Below are positions 18,684 through 26,003 of a stretch of DNA of 31,789 nt, in pieces. The notes below the pieces were generated by a model. That model did no database searches and had not been told where the DNA came from. It was given only the letters and a program-made list of their open reading frames with translations. Each line of letters starts with the position of its first letter. Position 1 is the stretch's first letter. The position numbers and the translations under genes are program-made. Source of the stretch: a virus (lineage: Duplodnaviria; Caudoviricetes); IMG/VR virus record IMGVR_UViG_3300011339_000092, positions 1 through 31,789 of that record. One strand, given 5' to 3'.

Positions 18684-19933
18684 CAGACAATCCATTTCGG
18701 TGTTTGGTTAATCGGATTACCCCAAGATGAGCCACCCTCATCCAGAGAAACTGCAACATATCTCCAAGCATCTGCTGCATGGCTATGTTGGTCATGTAGT
18801 GGTTTTTCAGAGAACATTTTTGTGTTTTCGTCTACATCGTAACGATAATGCCTTAAATGCTGAAGACCATCAGCGCAGTTTGTAGCATGGAAAAACGCTC
18901 TATCTAGCAACAAACGAGCAGCGTTAATACCACTTTTTACTGAGAGCATTGGGATATTTCTAATTGGTTTACCCATGCCAACAAGGATTTCATTGATTGA
19001 TTTACCAGTCAAGTCTTTGTGTTTAGAGTCGTGTGGAATCCACCAGTCTTTGTAAATATAGCCTTTATCTTGTAAGACTTGAGCATAGTGGTGTACTGTT
19101 TTTTGTCTGTTTTGATAGAAATCAATAACTCTTATCTCACCACCAGCAACAACCTGAACAAACCAGATTGAAGTCATATCTGCCCATCCCAAATCCCAAA
19201 ATGTCTGAACAGGAATAGACTTATCCACAATAATGTCACGAATTCTGTTTTCTTCTTGAAGTCTTCGTAGTTCATCGCCATACACAGCACCATCAAGCAT
19301 CTGCCTTGTATGACCTTCCCAAACATTCAAATAAGAATCCATGTTCTTATTCTTTAAGTTATCAAGTTCCTCTTTTAGAACTTCAGGAAACCAAGGGTTA
19401 TCAGACCAGTTAACTTTAATGACTTTTGCGCTTGGAGGAGGAGAAACCACAAACCTTTTGTAAGTTTCATCAGTATCCAAGTCAGGGTTAAAAGTTACCC
19501 ATATCTCTGAATCAGGCTTACGAATAGTAGGAATCAGAACCTCCCACGATGCCTTTGATACTGCTTGACCTTCCTCAATCCAACAAATATCAACACCTTC
19601 AAATGACTTGATTGAAGTGACATTGTGTTTTAGACCAGCAAACGAGAACTCAGAGCCATTAGCCCCATAGATAGCTGTTCTCTGAACATCAAAGAATGAG
19701 TCTAAGCCCATCGTTTTGATCTGGTCATGTAGCAAGGCGATTACTGAGTCTGAGATTGAGTTTTGTAACTCACGAGCACAAAGCACCCTAATTGGCTTTT
19801 GCACAGACATAGCAATCAAAGCACGAGCAACACCCCATGACTTACCAGACCCCCTACCTCCATAGAGAATCTTGTATCGTGAAGGTTCAAACAGGAATCC
19901 TAACTTTTCAGGAAAGTCTAGGTCAATCTGCAT
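18683..19933 (-). CDS. terL: Terminase large subunit (PBSX/Terminase_3-like, 416 aa)
   Basis: Walker A YGGRGSGKS, CARE.QNSI, Walker B WIEEG, TFNP, nuclease WDLG..D and SHAADAWRY. Start moved to MQIDLDF. Confidence 0.95.
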   Translation of the reverse strand: MQIDLDFPEKLGFLFEPSRYKILYGGRGSGKSWGVARALIAMSVQKPIRVLCARELQNSISDSVIALLHDQIKTMGLDSFFDVQRTAIYGANGSEFSFAGLKHNVTSIKSFEGVDICWIEEGQAVSKASWEVLIPTIRKPDSEIWVTFNPDLDTDETYKRFVVSPPPSAKVIKVNWSDNPWFPEVLKEELDNLKNKNMDSYLNVWEGHTRQMLDGAVYGDELRRLQEENRIRDIIVDKSIPVQTFWDLGWADMTSIWFVQVVAGGEIRVIDFYQNRQKTVHHYAQVLQDKGYIYKDWWIPHDSKHKDLTGKSINEILVGMGKPIRNIPMLSVKSGINAARLLLDRAFFHATNCADGLQHLRHYRYDVDENTKMFSEKPLHDQHSHAADAWRYVAVSLDEGGSSWGNPINQTPKWIV

Positions 19934-20261
19934 TAGGACGCTTGAGATTGATGTTGATACCTGAGATTTGCATCGGCCCACCATTCGCACCAGTCATCTC
20001 AGTTCTAGCCAACTTAGGAGTTGCATACTCAGCCAACTTAGAAATCATGTCTAAGGCTTTGTAAGGGTCAGGGCGAATGTCTCGCTCTGGGTCACCCTCT
20101 GCAACTAATTCTAGCCACTTAGAGACGTTTTGAGAGTTATCCTCTAGTAGACATCTAACTGTCTCTCTAAACTCGTTGGTGACCCGATTAACCGCACCCT
20201 TGGGTCTTCCTCGACCTCTGTTGGTTAAGTTCTCAGATTTTCCTGCCTCTAATTTATTCAT
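19923..20261 (-). CDS. terS: Terminase small subunit
   Basis: GRGRPKGA.N N-terminus, EY..PKLARTE.TG..GGP C-terminus; overlaps the TerL start; AGGAG RBS. Confidence 0.8.
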   Translation of the reverse strand: MNKLEAGKSENLTNRGRGRPKGAVNRVTNEFRETVRCLLEDNSQNVSKWLELVAEGDPERDIRPDPYKALDMISKLAEYATPKLARTEMTGANGGPMQISGININLKRPNAD

Positions 20262-20304
20262 TTTTGTTTGACTCCTCTAGGGTTGGTCAAGGTTAAGTTA
20301 GTAA

Positions 20305-21765
20305 TTACTGACCTAGCAGACTTGGCATTAGTTCATAAATCTTTTTACGCTGTTCTTCATCTGCTAGTAGTCCTAATGGTAACACACCAGCAAGAATGTC
20401 TGCTTCATTTCTACGTTTTGGGTCAAAGGCAGCGAATCGGCTTCTTACTTGGCTAGGCTCTAACAAGACATAACCAGTCTGGTCTGCAAACTCTGTGTAA
20501 GGAGAACCTTGCTTAGCCTTAATCATCAATGAGTCAAAGTCTTGCTCTTTAAGCATTTGACGATATGGCTCAACATCGCTGACCCTTGGGACTACTCCAG
20601 CACCTAATGGCTCACCACTAGACAAGTTACTAGCAGTTCTAGCCATTTGTTCAAATGATGTTGTTTTTGGGTTTTCCATACGCAACAGCAGAGGATAGAT
20701 AGCACCTTGACTGCCAGAGTACATTCCTGCACCTAACTCATCTGGTCTATCAGAAGCCCAAACACCTACTTGGTCTAATGATGGTTTGCGTCCTACAATT
20801 TCAGTAGAAGCCAAACGATTAAAGGCTTGAATGTCGCCTAGTTTACGTCCATCATCAGCTTCCCAGACTGTTGTCCCATGATATGCAGGAACATCGTAGC
20901 CCATAGCAGCAGCACGCATCTCTGGTGTATTGTCTTTAGGAAGTCCTAGACCTCCTTCTTCAATAGGTAGAGCCGCGTTTCTTTGGGCTGTATCTAGTGC
21001 TTCTTGTTGTGGCGCAATTGCCTTTTTCTGAGGTTGATAACCAAACTCATGGATTGAGTCTGCATTTGTCCACAACTCTTTAGCTTTAACTTTTTGGCTA
21101 ATGATTTTGTAATCACCTTGCAAAACAGATTCACCATGCGTTTTAGCATAGTCTTTGCTTAGAGTTACCCAATCACCAGCATTGATAGTTTTAATGTTTT
21201 CGTCTTTTGGTACTGCACGATACATCGTAACTTCTGCATCTGGATTACCACGAACTCGTTTAGCCAAATCAAATGCTTCTTTATCAGCTTTTGGATAGCC
21301 AGTCCCATAGAATTGAGTAGCCTTTGCTGAATAAACGTCAGCAGGGTACATCTGACCACCACCAGTCAAATCATGCAATGGTGCGCCAAATTCTGGGCTT
21401 GGTGCTTTATGACTACCACGATAAGACAATAAGTCATCACCAACATTTTTAATGCTTGCGCCTACTGGTAAACCTTTTGTAGCCTTTGCCAAACCTGCGG
21501 AAGCAGGAAGCAGGGTCATAGCAGCCTCTACCGCTTCAGCACGAGGCTTAGTAGTCATGCCACTACCAGTAGTCAATGGCTCGCCATAAGCCATTCTTTC
21601 CATTGTCTGTTGGACAGCAGGAACTCCCAAGAGATTCATCAGCATCTCTACTGGAGGATTCTCATAACCGAAAGGCTTTGCCCCAAACTGTTGGACTTTC
21701 TTTAGTCGGTCAGCAAGTAAACCCATTACTGGGTTGACCATTGGAGTAGCCCTTAGTTCAGCCAT
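20305..21765 (-). CDS. Polyvalent-type protein with two ADP-ribosyltransferase-like domains
   Basis: Domain 1: MYRAV...GDWVTLSKDYAK.HG...HEFGY. Domain 2: AYHGT...AF...GVWAS...IYPLLLRMENP...PSQVRSRFAAFDP. Confidence 0.6.
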   Translation of the reverse strand: MAELRATPMVNPVMGLLADRLKKVQQFGAKPFGYENPPVEMLMNLLGVPAVQQTMERMAYGEPLTTGSGMTTKPRAEAVEAAMTLLPASAGLAKATKGLPVGASIKNVGDDLLSYRGSHKAPSPEFGAPLHDLTGGGQMYPADVYSAKATQFYGTGYPKADKEAFDLAKRVRGNPDAEVTMYRAVPKDENIKTINAGDWVTLSKDYAKTHGESVLQGDYKIISQKVKAKELWTNADSIHEFGYQPQKKAIAPQQEALDTAQRNAALPIEEGGLGLPKDNTPEMRAAAMGYDVPAYHGTTVWEADDGRKLGDIQAFNRLASTEIVGRKPSLDQVGVWASDRPDELGAGMYSGSQGAIYPLLLRMENPKTTSFEQMARTASNLSSGEPLGAGVVPRVSDVEPYRQMLKEQDFDSLMIKAKQGSPYTEFADQTGYVLLEPSQVRSRFAAFDPKRRNEADILAGVLPLGLLADEEQRKKIYELMPSLLGQ

Positions 21766-21935
21766 TATTTCATCCTGCCCATCTTTTTAGCAGTCTTAGC
21801 TGCTTGCTTAAACGCACTCGCAGTTGGCGCACCTTTCGAGCCAACCTTACGCATACGCTCTGGAGTCTTTCCAGCAGCCTTTTGCGCTTCAATGCGTTTT
21901 TGTTTCGCATGAATGTTAGCGTAGAGTCCGTTCAT
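21765..21935 (-). CDS. Small basic protein, 56 aa (MNGLYANIHAKQKRIEAQKAAGKTPERMRKVGSKGAPTASAFKQAAKTAKK...)
   Basis: Manually translated; coupled to both neighbours (ATGA and TAATG); K/R/A-rich. Confidence 0.8.
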   Translation of the reverse strand: MNGLYANIHAKQKRIEAQKAAGKTPERMRKVGSKGAPTASAFKQAAKTAKKMGRMK

Positions 21936-22051
21936 TTTTTAGGCTTCTTTGCTTTGTTCTTTGCAGTACGCTCACCCCTGACTGGCATGGGTTTCTTTTT
22001 CTGCATGAGTTTTTGCATCATCTCTAATGCTTGTTGATTAGTCGTTCCCAT
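21932..22051 (-). CDS. Small basic protein, 39 aa (MGTTNQQALEMMQKLMQKKKPMPVRGERTAKNKAKKPKK)
   Basis: Manually translated; GGAGG RBS; stop overlaps the next ATG. Confidence 0.7.
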   Translation of the reverse strand: MGTTNQQALEMMQKLMQKKKPMPVRGERTAKNKAKKPKK

Positions 22052-22496
22052 TTTCTTCCTCCATTTCATCGGTAATTGGCCCACCACTTACCCAAGCCTC
22101 ACAAGTACGCTTAGACGCACACTTGAAGTCCCAAATCTCGCAGTAACCCAAATCACCAGCGTCTAGCACTTCCCATGCGTCCATTTCGCCTTCTTCCAGA
22201 CCCTTCTCAATGCAATCTAGCATCTTAGAAGTCTGAATGAAAGCAGCGCAGTTACCGCAAGTGGATTTCTTAGCTTGTGCAGGGGAAATGCGCCAAATCT
22301 TAGAGATTTCACGCCAGTAGTCCATGCTTGGCTCGTTGGGATTCATTGGGCCATAGTTAGACTTATCAATAGCCTTCTGGCGGTTTTTCAGATTTACTTC
22401 TGTGTCACCAGTAGCAACAGGGCATGATTCGCCCTCATCCTCTTGGCTTTTAATCTCAATTTCAATCTGTACGGCAGGTGCTAATAAGCCAGTCAT
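22038..22496 (-). CDS. Cys-rich HiPIP-like putative Fe-S/metal-binding protein (152 aa)
   Basis: CGNCAAF...C...GYCEIW...C...TCEAW; start moved to MTGLLAP, which has a GAGGA RBS and lies downstream of the terminator. Confidence 0.65.
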   Translation of the reverse strand: MTGLLAPAVQIEIEIKSQEDEGESCPVATGDTEVNLKNRQKAIDKSNYGPMNPNEPSMDYWREISKIWRISPAQAKKSTCGNCAAFIQTSKMLDCIEKGLEEGEMDAWEVLDAGDLGYCEIWDFKCASKRTCEAWVSGGPITDEMEEENGND

Positions 22497-22530
22497 GGCA
22501 ATCCTCATGGAGTTTGTACTATTTTCGCAC

Positions 22531-22555
22531 AAAAAAAGAGGGAACTCAATCCCTC
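22531..22555 (-). terminator. Intrinsic terminator separating the early and late regions
   Basis: GAGGGA-TTGAGT-TCCCTC-TTTTTTT on the minus strand. Confidence 0.85.
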
Positions 22556-22592
22556 GGAAAACCAAATGGCAACTTGGTGTCAACACTCTACT

Positions 22593-22850
22593 CTATCCAA
22601 TAAGTTTTGCAAGTGTTTCGTTTAATACCGACATTTCATCCTGTTTATAGACTGACCAAATCCTAGCCTGACCATGAATTCCATTGAAGCTACCCTGATG
22701 GCAGTCCTTACAAAGCGGAATACACAGGTACTGATGGTGCTGTTTGATATGGTGAGCATCGCTTGGCCCTGCCTGACCACATACCCCACAAGGAAGTTCT
22801 TTTATCCTTGCTAAGTGCAGTCTCTCACGCTTTGTTGGGTTGTTATTCAA
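22593..22850 (-). CDS. Ref/DUF968-like HNH-type Zn nuclease
   Basis: LPCGVCG...DAHH...CIPLCKDCHQG...GIHG motif. Confidence 0.75.
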   Translation of the reverse strand: MNNNPTKRERLHLARIKELPCGVCGQAGPSDAHHIKQHHQYLCIPLCKDCHQGSFNGIHGQARIWSVYKQDEMSVLNETLAKLIG

Positions 22851-23301
22851 TCTCTACCACCTTATCGCCATGTGACCGAATGTAGTCTTTTGTTTTCTGA
22901 ATGTATTTCTCAAACTCACTTCTTGGGATACTGGACTGCTGTAAGTCTGCATATTCAATCAAATCTCTGATGGCTTGGATACCCTCACCACTTAAACCCA
23001 TCTTTTTGGTTTCCTGATAGCGAATAGCAGCTTGATGAAGGGCATCTTGTGCTTTTTTACATACTGGCAATACTTCACCCCCTATCCCGCCTCGTCCCAT
23101 GCACTCTGCTAGATTAAGCACATCTACTAGAGTACGCCAGTCATGGATAGTTCCATTGCCCTTGGTAATCGCCTCAAGTGCTGAGTACTCCATCATTCGG
23201 ATTTTGTCCAACTTCTCCCTGTGGGTTATCGATGCACCCACGATTGCATGAGTTATTGGGTCTATCAGATTCCACATCTTGCGCTTCGTTCTTTTTCTCA
23301 T
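22843..23301 (-). CDS. Hypothetical helical protein
   Basis: Open frame; likely start MRKRTKRK at 23301; overlaps the next gene. Confidence 0.7.
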   Translation of the reverse strand: MRKRTKRKMWNLIDPITHAIVGASITHREKLDKIRMMEYSALEAITKGNGTIHDWRTLVDVLNLAECMGRGGIGGEVLPVCKKAQDALHQAAIRYQETKKMGLSGEGIQAIRDLIEYADLQQSSIPRSEFEKYIQKTKDYIRSHGDKVVEIE

Positions 23302-23386
23302 TGTCTCTGCCAAATATGGCATCCCATCTGTTTGCGTATTCTTGATTACTTACATTGAATGGTCTTGGTGAACTACCTTTACTCAT
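23174..23386 (-). CDS. Small hypothetical protein (MSKGSSPRP...YANRWDAIF)
   Basis: ATGA-coupled start; the N-terminal half looks like a typical phage mini-protein and the 3' half overlaps the next CDS. Confidence 0.55.
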   Translation of the reverse strand: MSKGSSPRPFNVSNQEYANRWDAIFGRDNEKKNEAQDVESDRPNNSCNRGCIDNPQGEVGQNPNDGVLST

Positions 23387-23586
23387 GCTTCCCTCACATA
23401 AATAGCAAAACTTGCACTTGTGTCACCAAAGGGTAGTTGCTCTATCTTTTTGGCAATACGCTCACGCTCTTGTTGAGCAACTAGAGTAGCAAAATCAATC
23501 ATGCCATCTCTAAGACCTTCTTGTTTAATGAATCCCCAACTGAAACCAGCTTTTTTTGCTAGTTCTCTAATTTCGTCATCAGTCAT
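23383..23586 (-). CDS. Small hypothetical protein (MTDDEIRELA...FATLVAQQERER type)
   Basis: Common nin-region-like pattern; overlaps both neighbours. Confidence 0.7.
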   Translation of the reverse strand: MTDDEIRELAKKAGFSWGFIKQEGLRDGMIDFATLVAQQERERIAKKIEQLPFGDTSASFAIYVREA

Positions 23587-23665
23587 ACAAAATTCTCACA
23601 AGAAAGACAACTAACGCCCACAAAGACGCTAGTGCTACAAGTATTAGTTTCCAAACCTTATTCAT
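23579..23665 (-). CDS. 28-aa single-TM peptide (MNKVWKLILVALASLWALVVFLVRILYD)
   Basis: Manually translated; bridges the gap between neighbours with 8-nt overlaps on both sides. Confidence 0.5.
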   Translation of the reverse strand: MNKVWKLILVALASLWALVVFLVRILYD

Positions 23666-23909
23666 GCTCGTAAGCAATGATCTTGGAATGGTCTGCTTCT
23701 GCAATCAGATGGCTAGACAGCTTCATAGTGCCATCCATCTCGATTTGCTTGAACTGCTCATCAGATAACAAGGCAAACACATCTGTACCTTGAAAGTGGA
23801 TTGACTTGAGATTCTCAGCATAAGTGCCTTCCTCGTCCATGTCGTACTCCAAGACGCATTGCACAGTCTCGCCACCAGCACCAGTAGTTGTTTCAAATTC
23901 GAATTCCAT
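23658..23909 (-). CDS. Acidic hypothetical protein
   Basis: TAAGGA RBS; D/E-rich. Confidence 0.75.
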   Translation of the reverse strand: MEFEFETTTGAGGETVQCVLEYDMDEEGTYAENLKSIHFQGTDVFALLSDEQFKQIEMDGTMKLSSHLIAEADHSKIIAYEHE

Positions 23910-23950
23910 GATTTTTTCCTTAAAAGTGGGGAACTAAGTCCCCTGTTGAT

Positions 23951-24157
23951 TTAATTTGCGACTCGTAAAACACCTGTGCAACCAGTTCCTTTTAAGAACT
24001 TAATCATGTCAGCAAGTAACTCTTGCTTTGAATCTGCATAAAACTCAACAGGTGTATTCTTGATTTCTGGAATGTTGGTGTTAATGTTTATTCCATCAAT
24101 CTCACCAATGAAGCAACGATTGTCTTGGTAAACATACGCTTTGAAAACTTGTGTCAT
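23951..24157 (-). CDS. Hypothetical protein, first gene after an internal early-type promoter
   Basis: TAAGGA RBS; own promoter at about 24203-24236. Confidence 0.75.
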   Translation of the reverse strand: MTQVFKAYVYQDNRCFIGEIDGININTNIPEIKNTPVEFYADSKQELLADMIKFLKGTGCTGVLRVAN

Positions 24158-24178
24158 TTTGCTTAATCCTTAAAAGTA

Positions 24179-24236
24179 CCCTCACGAATTGTTTGGGCTG
24201 ACTGAAGTATAGCAAAGAATGAAACAAAATGTTTAC
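24179..24236 (-). promoter_or_regulatory. Promoter cassette copy 2: operator-like palindrome, extended -10 and 5' hairpin
   Basis: GTAAAC-ATTTT-GTTTC; TGCTATACT; CCC-AA-AC-AATTC-GT-GA-GGG. Shares the 17-mer TTCTTTGCTATACTTCA with 28061-28077. Confidence 0.8.
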
Positions 24237-24265
24237 CGCATAACAAATATATCTAAGTATTTACC

Positions 24266-24598
24266 CTACTCTGTTGTTTTTACGCCAAGTCGTTCACTTG
24301 CTTGCTCACTTCGCCAAATGTCAGCTTTCATTTGAGCAGCAGTTAGCATCCACTTTAAGGTTTCTTCCTTCTCAATTGCCACCATAAGCCCTCTAAGCAA
24401 ATCAGCATACTCAATGTGGGCATAGGCTTCACGCTCTTGGGCTACACCAGAATCTATCCCTCTAGCCATAGCATCTTTCATTAGCAATGCCTTCTTAGTC
24501 TTACGAAACTCCTCAAGGTAGATACGCTGTGCTTTGGCTTCTGCGTACTTAGGTGCGTTATCAATGATGAACTCAATTGCTTTGTAAGGGGCTTTCAT
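24266..24598 (-). CDS. Helical protein, possibly UvsY-like recombination mediator
   Basis: AEAKAQR.YLEEFRKTKKA.LM...QEREAY...WRS..A.ER; start moved to MKAPY (ATGA overlap, GGAG RBS). Confidence 0.6.
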   Translation of the reverse strand: MKAPYKAIEFIIDNAPKYAEAKAQRIYLEEFRKTKKALLMKDAMARGIDSGVAQEREAYAHIEYADLLRGLMVAIEKEETLKWMLTAAQMKADIWRSEQASERLGVKTTE

Positions 24599-25023
24599 TC
24601 CAAACACTCCTTCACGCAGATATCTACTCCTGCTTGACTTGAATAAACCTTGGTTACATGGATGTTGACGATCTGAGAATCATCTTTGTAAACCACACCA
24701 TTCATGCCATCTTCTATGCTTTTCAAGATATTGGATGCATCAGGCTTCTTAATTGGCTTCTCTGAGCCATTTTGGATAGCCTCCAAGCGTTTTTTAGTGC
24801 ATGACTTAGAGATAGGTACTCTGATGTACAGATAAAGCGATACAGGCGTTTCTAATGGCTCGGAACTTCCCATTGCTTGTTTGGCAGATTCCTTGATAAG
24901 CGTTTCATAGCTTCTTGTTTTCTCAGGGGTGTAGGCTTGGACAAAGTTGCCACGCTTGGCATACCTTGCTCTTTGTTTGCCAACAGGGTTACCTTCAACA
25001 TTAAATGTGACCATAAAAGTCAT
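24595..25023 (-). CDS. rusA: RusA-like Holliday junction resolvase
   Basis: G.PVGKQRAR, KPDASNILKSIEDGMNGVVYKDDSQIV and K.Y motifs. Confidence 0.9.
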   Translation of the reverse strand: MTFMVTFNVEGNPVGKQRARYAKRGNFVQAYTPEKTRSYETLIKESAKQAMGSSEPLETPVSLYLYIRVPISKSCTKKRLEAIQNGSEKPIKKPDASNILKSIEDGMNGVVYKDDSQIVNIHVTKVYSSQAGVDICVKECLE

Positions 25024-25232
25024 TCGAGTATTCCTTCTCTCATTTGTGCCATGTACGCACGAATTCTGTCTCTTGAGCCAGAGCCGTAGATTCTTTCTGC
25101 TCTTTCAAGTCTGGCACGAATCAAATCACGATTCTTTGTTTGTTCCCAGTTGTGGAATAACTCTCGGGCTTCTGCTTGCTCAAGAGTTACTCTGTCACTA
25201 GGGTTTTCAATCGTCTTGCGTGAGTAAGTCAC
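25020..25232 (-). CDS. Hypothetical protein
   Basis: Open frame coupled to rusA; start uncertain (GTG). Confidence 0.6.
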   Translation of the reverse strand: MTYSRKTIENPSDRVTLEQAEARELFHNWEQTKNRDLIRARLERAERIYGSGSRDRIRAYMAQMREGILE

Positions 25233-25326
25233 CAGTCAATTCCAATGCTTTGTTTATCAGGTGTAGTGGGTAAGATACGCCTTCACGCACCTTGTCCAGT
25301 AGTTTCATAGCTTGGTAGTAGTTCAA
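25207..25326 (-). CDS. 39-aa hypothetical protein (MNYYQAMKLLDKVREG...INKALELTGDL)
   Basis: Manually translated; TTG start overlaps the methyltransferase stop. Confidence 0.55.
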   Translation of the reverse strand: MNYYQAMKLLDKVREGVSYPLHLINKALELTGDLLTQDD

Positions 25327-26003
25327 AACATGGCCTCTTGAATTTGTTTTGGTTGCTCATGTGCAAACAATTGAGGCTGAGATACTGCTTGCTCTATACG
25401 CTTGCAAGCAATATCAAAGTATTTTTGTTCACGCTCAATACCAATGAATTTTCTTCCCATTTGTATAGCAGCTACACCAGTAGTTCCGCTACCCATGAAT
25501 GGGTCAAGAATTGTCCCAGAAGTCCATTCTACAAACTTGCACATCAATCCAATTGGCTTTTCAGTTGGATGAAATTCATTGTTTGTTCTTGGATATTCAA
25601 TTACATCAGTTGGTCTTTGTTTTGGGAAAAAGTGATCTTTCATTGCATAAAAAAACGCAACTTCAGTTTGTCTTGCGTGTTCGTGTTGCAAGTCACCCAT
25701 TGACCAATTATTTTTGACCCATGTAATCAAACTCTTTGGTTTTGGATAGTCGTAAAGGTTGTCCCATCTACCAAAAGCATAAATTGAATGATTTGTATTT
25801 TGCAAACACCAATTGATAACTTGAATAGCAACTTCAGCAGAATCATCGTTAGCAATCTTCAAATGTTTTTCATTTCTAAAGTTAGATTGAAAATTCATTC
25901 CATAAGGAGGGTCAGTAATGACAGCATCAACTTTGTCAATCAATGGTAAAACCTCTAAACAGTCACCAAGATAAAGCGTTGCGTTTCCAATTTCTACTTT
26001 CAT
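25323..26003 (-). CDS. DNA N6-adenine/N4-cytosine methyltransferase, beta class, orphan
   Basis: GDCLE, ITDPPYG (motif IV), HPTEKP, ILDPFMGSGTTGVAA (motif I), FIGIE. Confidence 0.92.
   Translation of the reverse strand: MKVEIGNATLYLGDCLEVLPLIDKVDAVITDPPYGMNFQSNFRNEKHLKIANDDSAEVAIQVINWCLQNTNHSIYAFGRWDNLYDYPKPKSLITWVKNNWSMGDLQHEHARQTEVAFFYAMKDHFFPKQRPTDVIEYPRTNNEFHPTEKPIGLMCKFVEWTSGTILDPFMGSGTTGVAAIQMGRKFIGIEREQKYFDIACKRIEQAVSQPQLFAHEQPKQIQEAMF

Noticed and set aside
22578-22583. Perfect TTGACA -35 on the minus strand
   Set aside because: No -10-like hexamer 16-18 nt downstream (TTCCGA at 17 nt).
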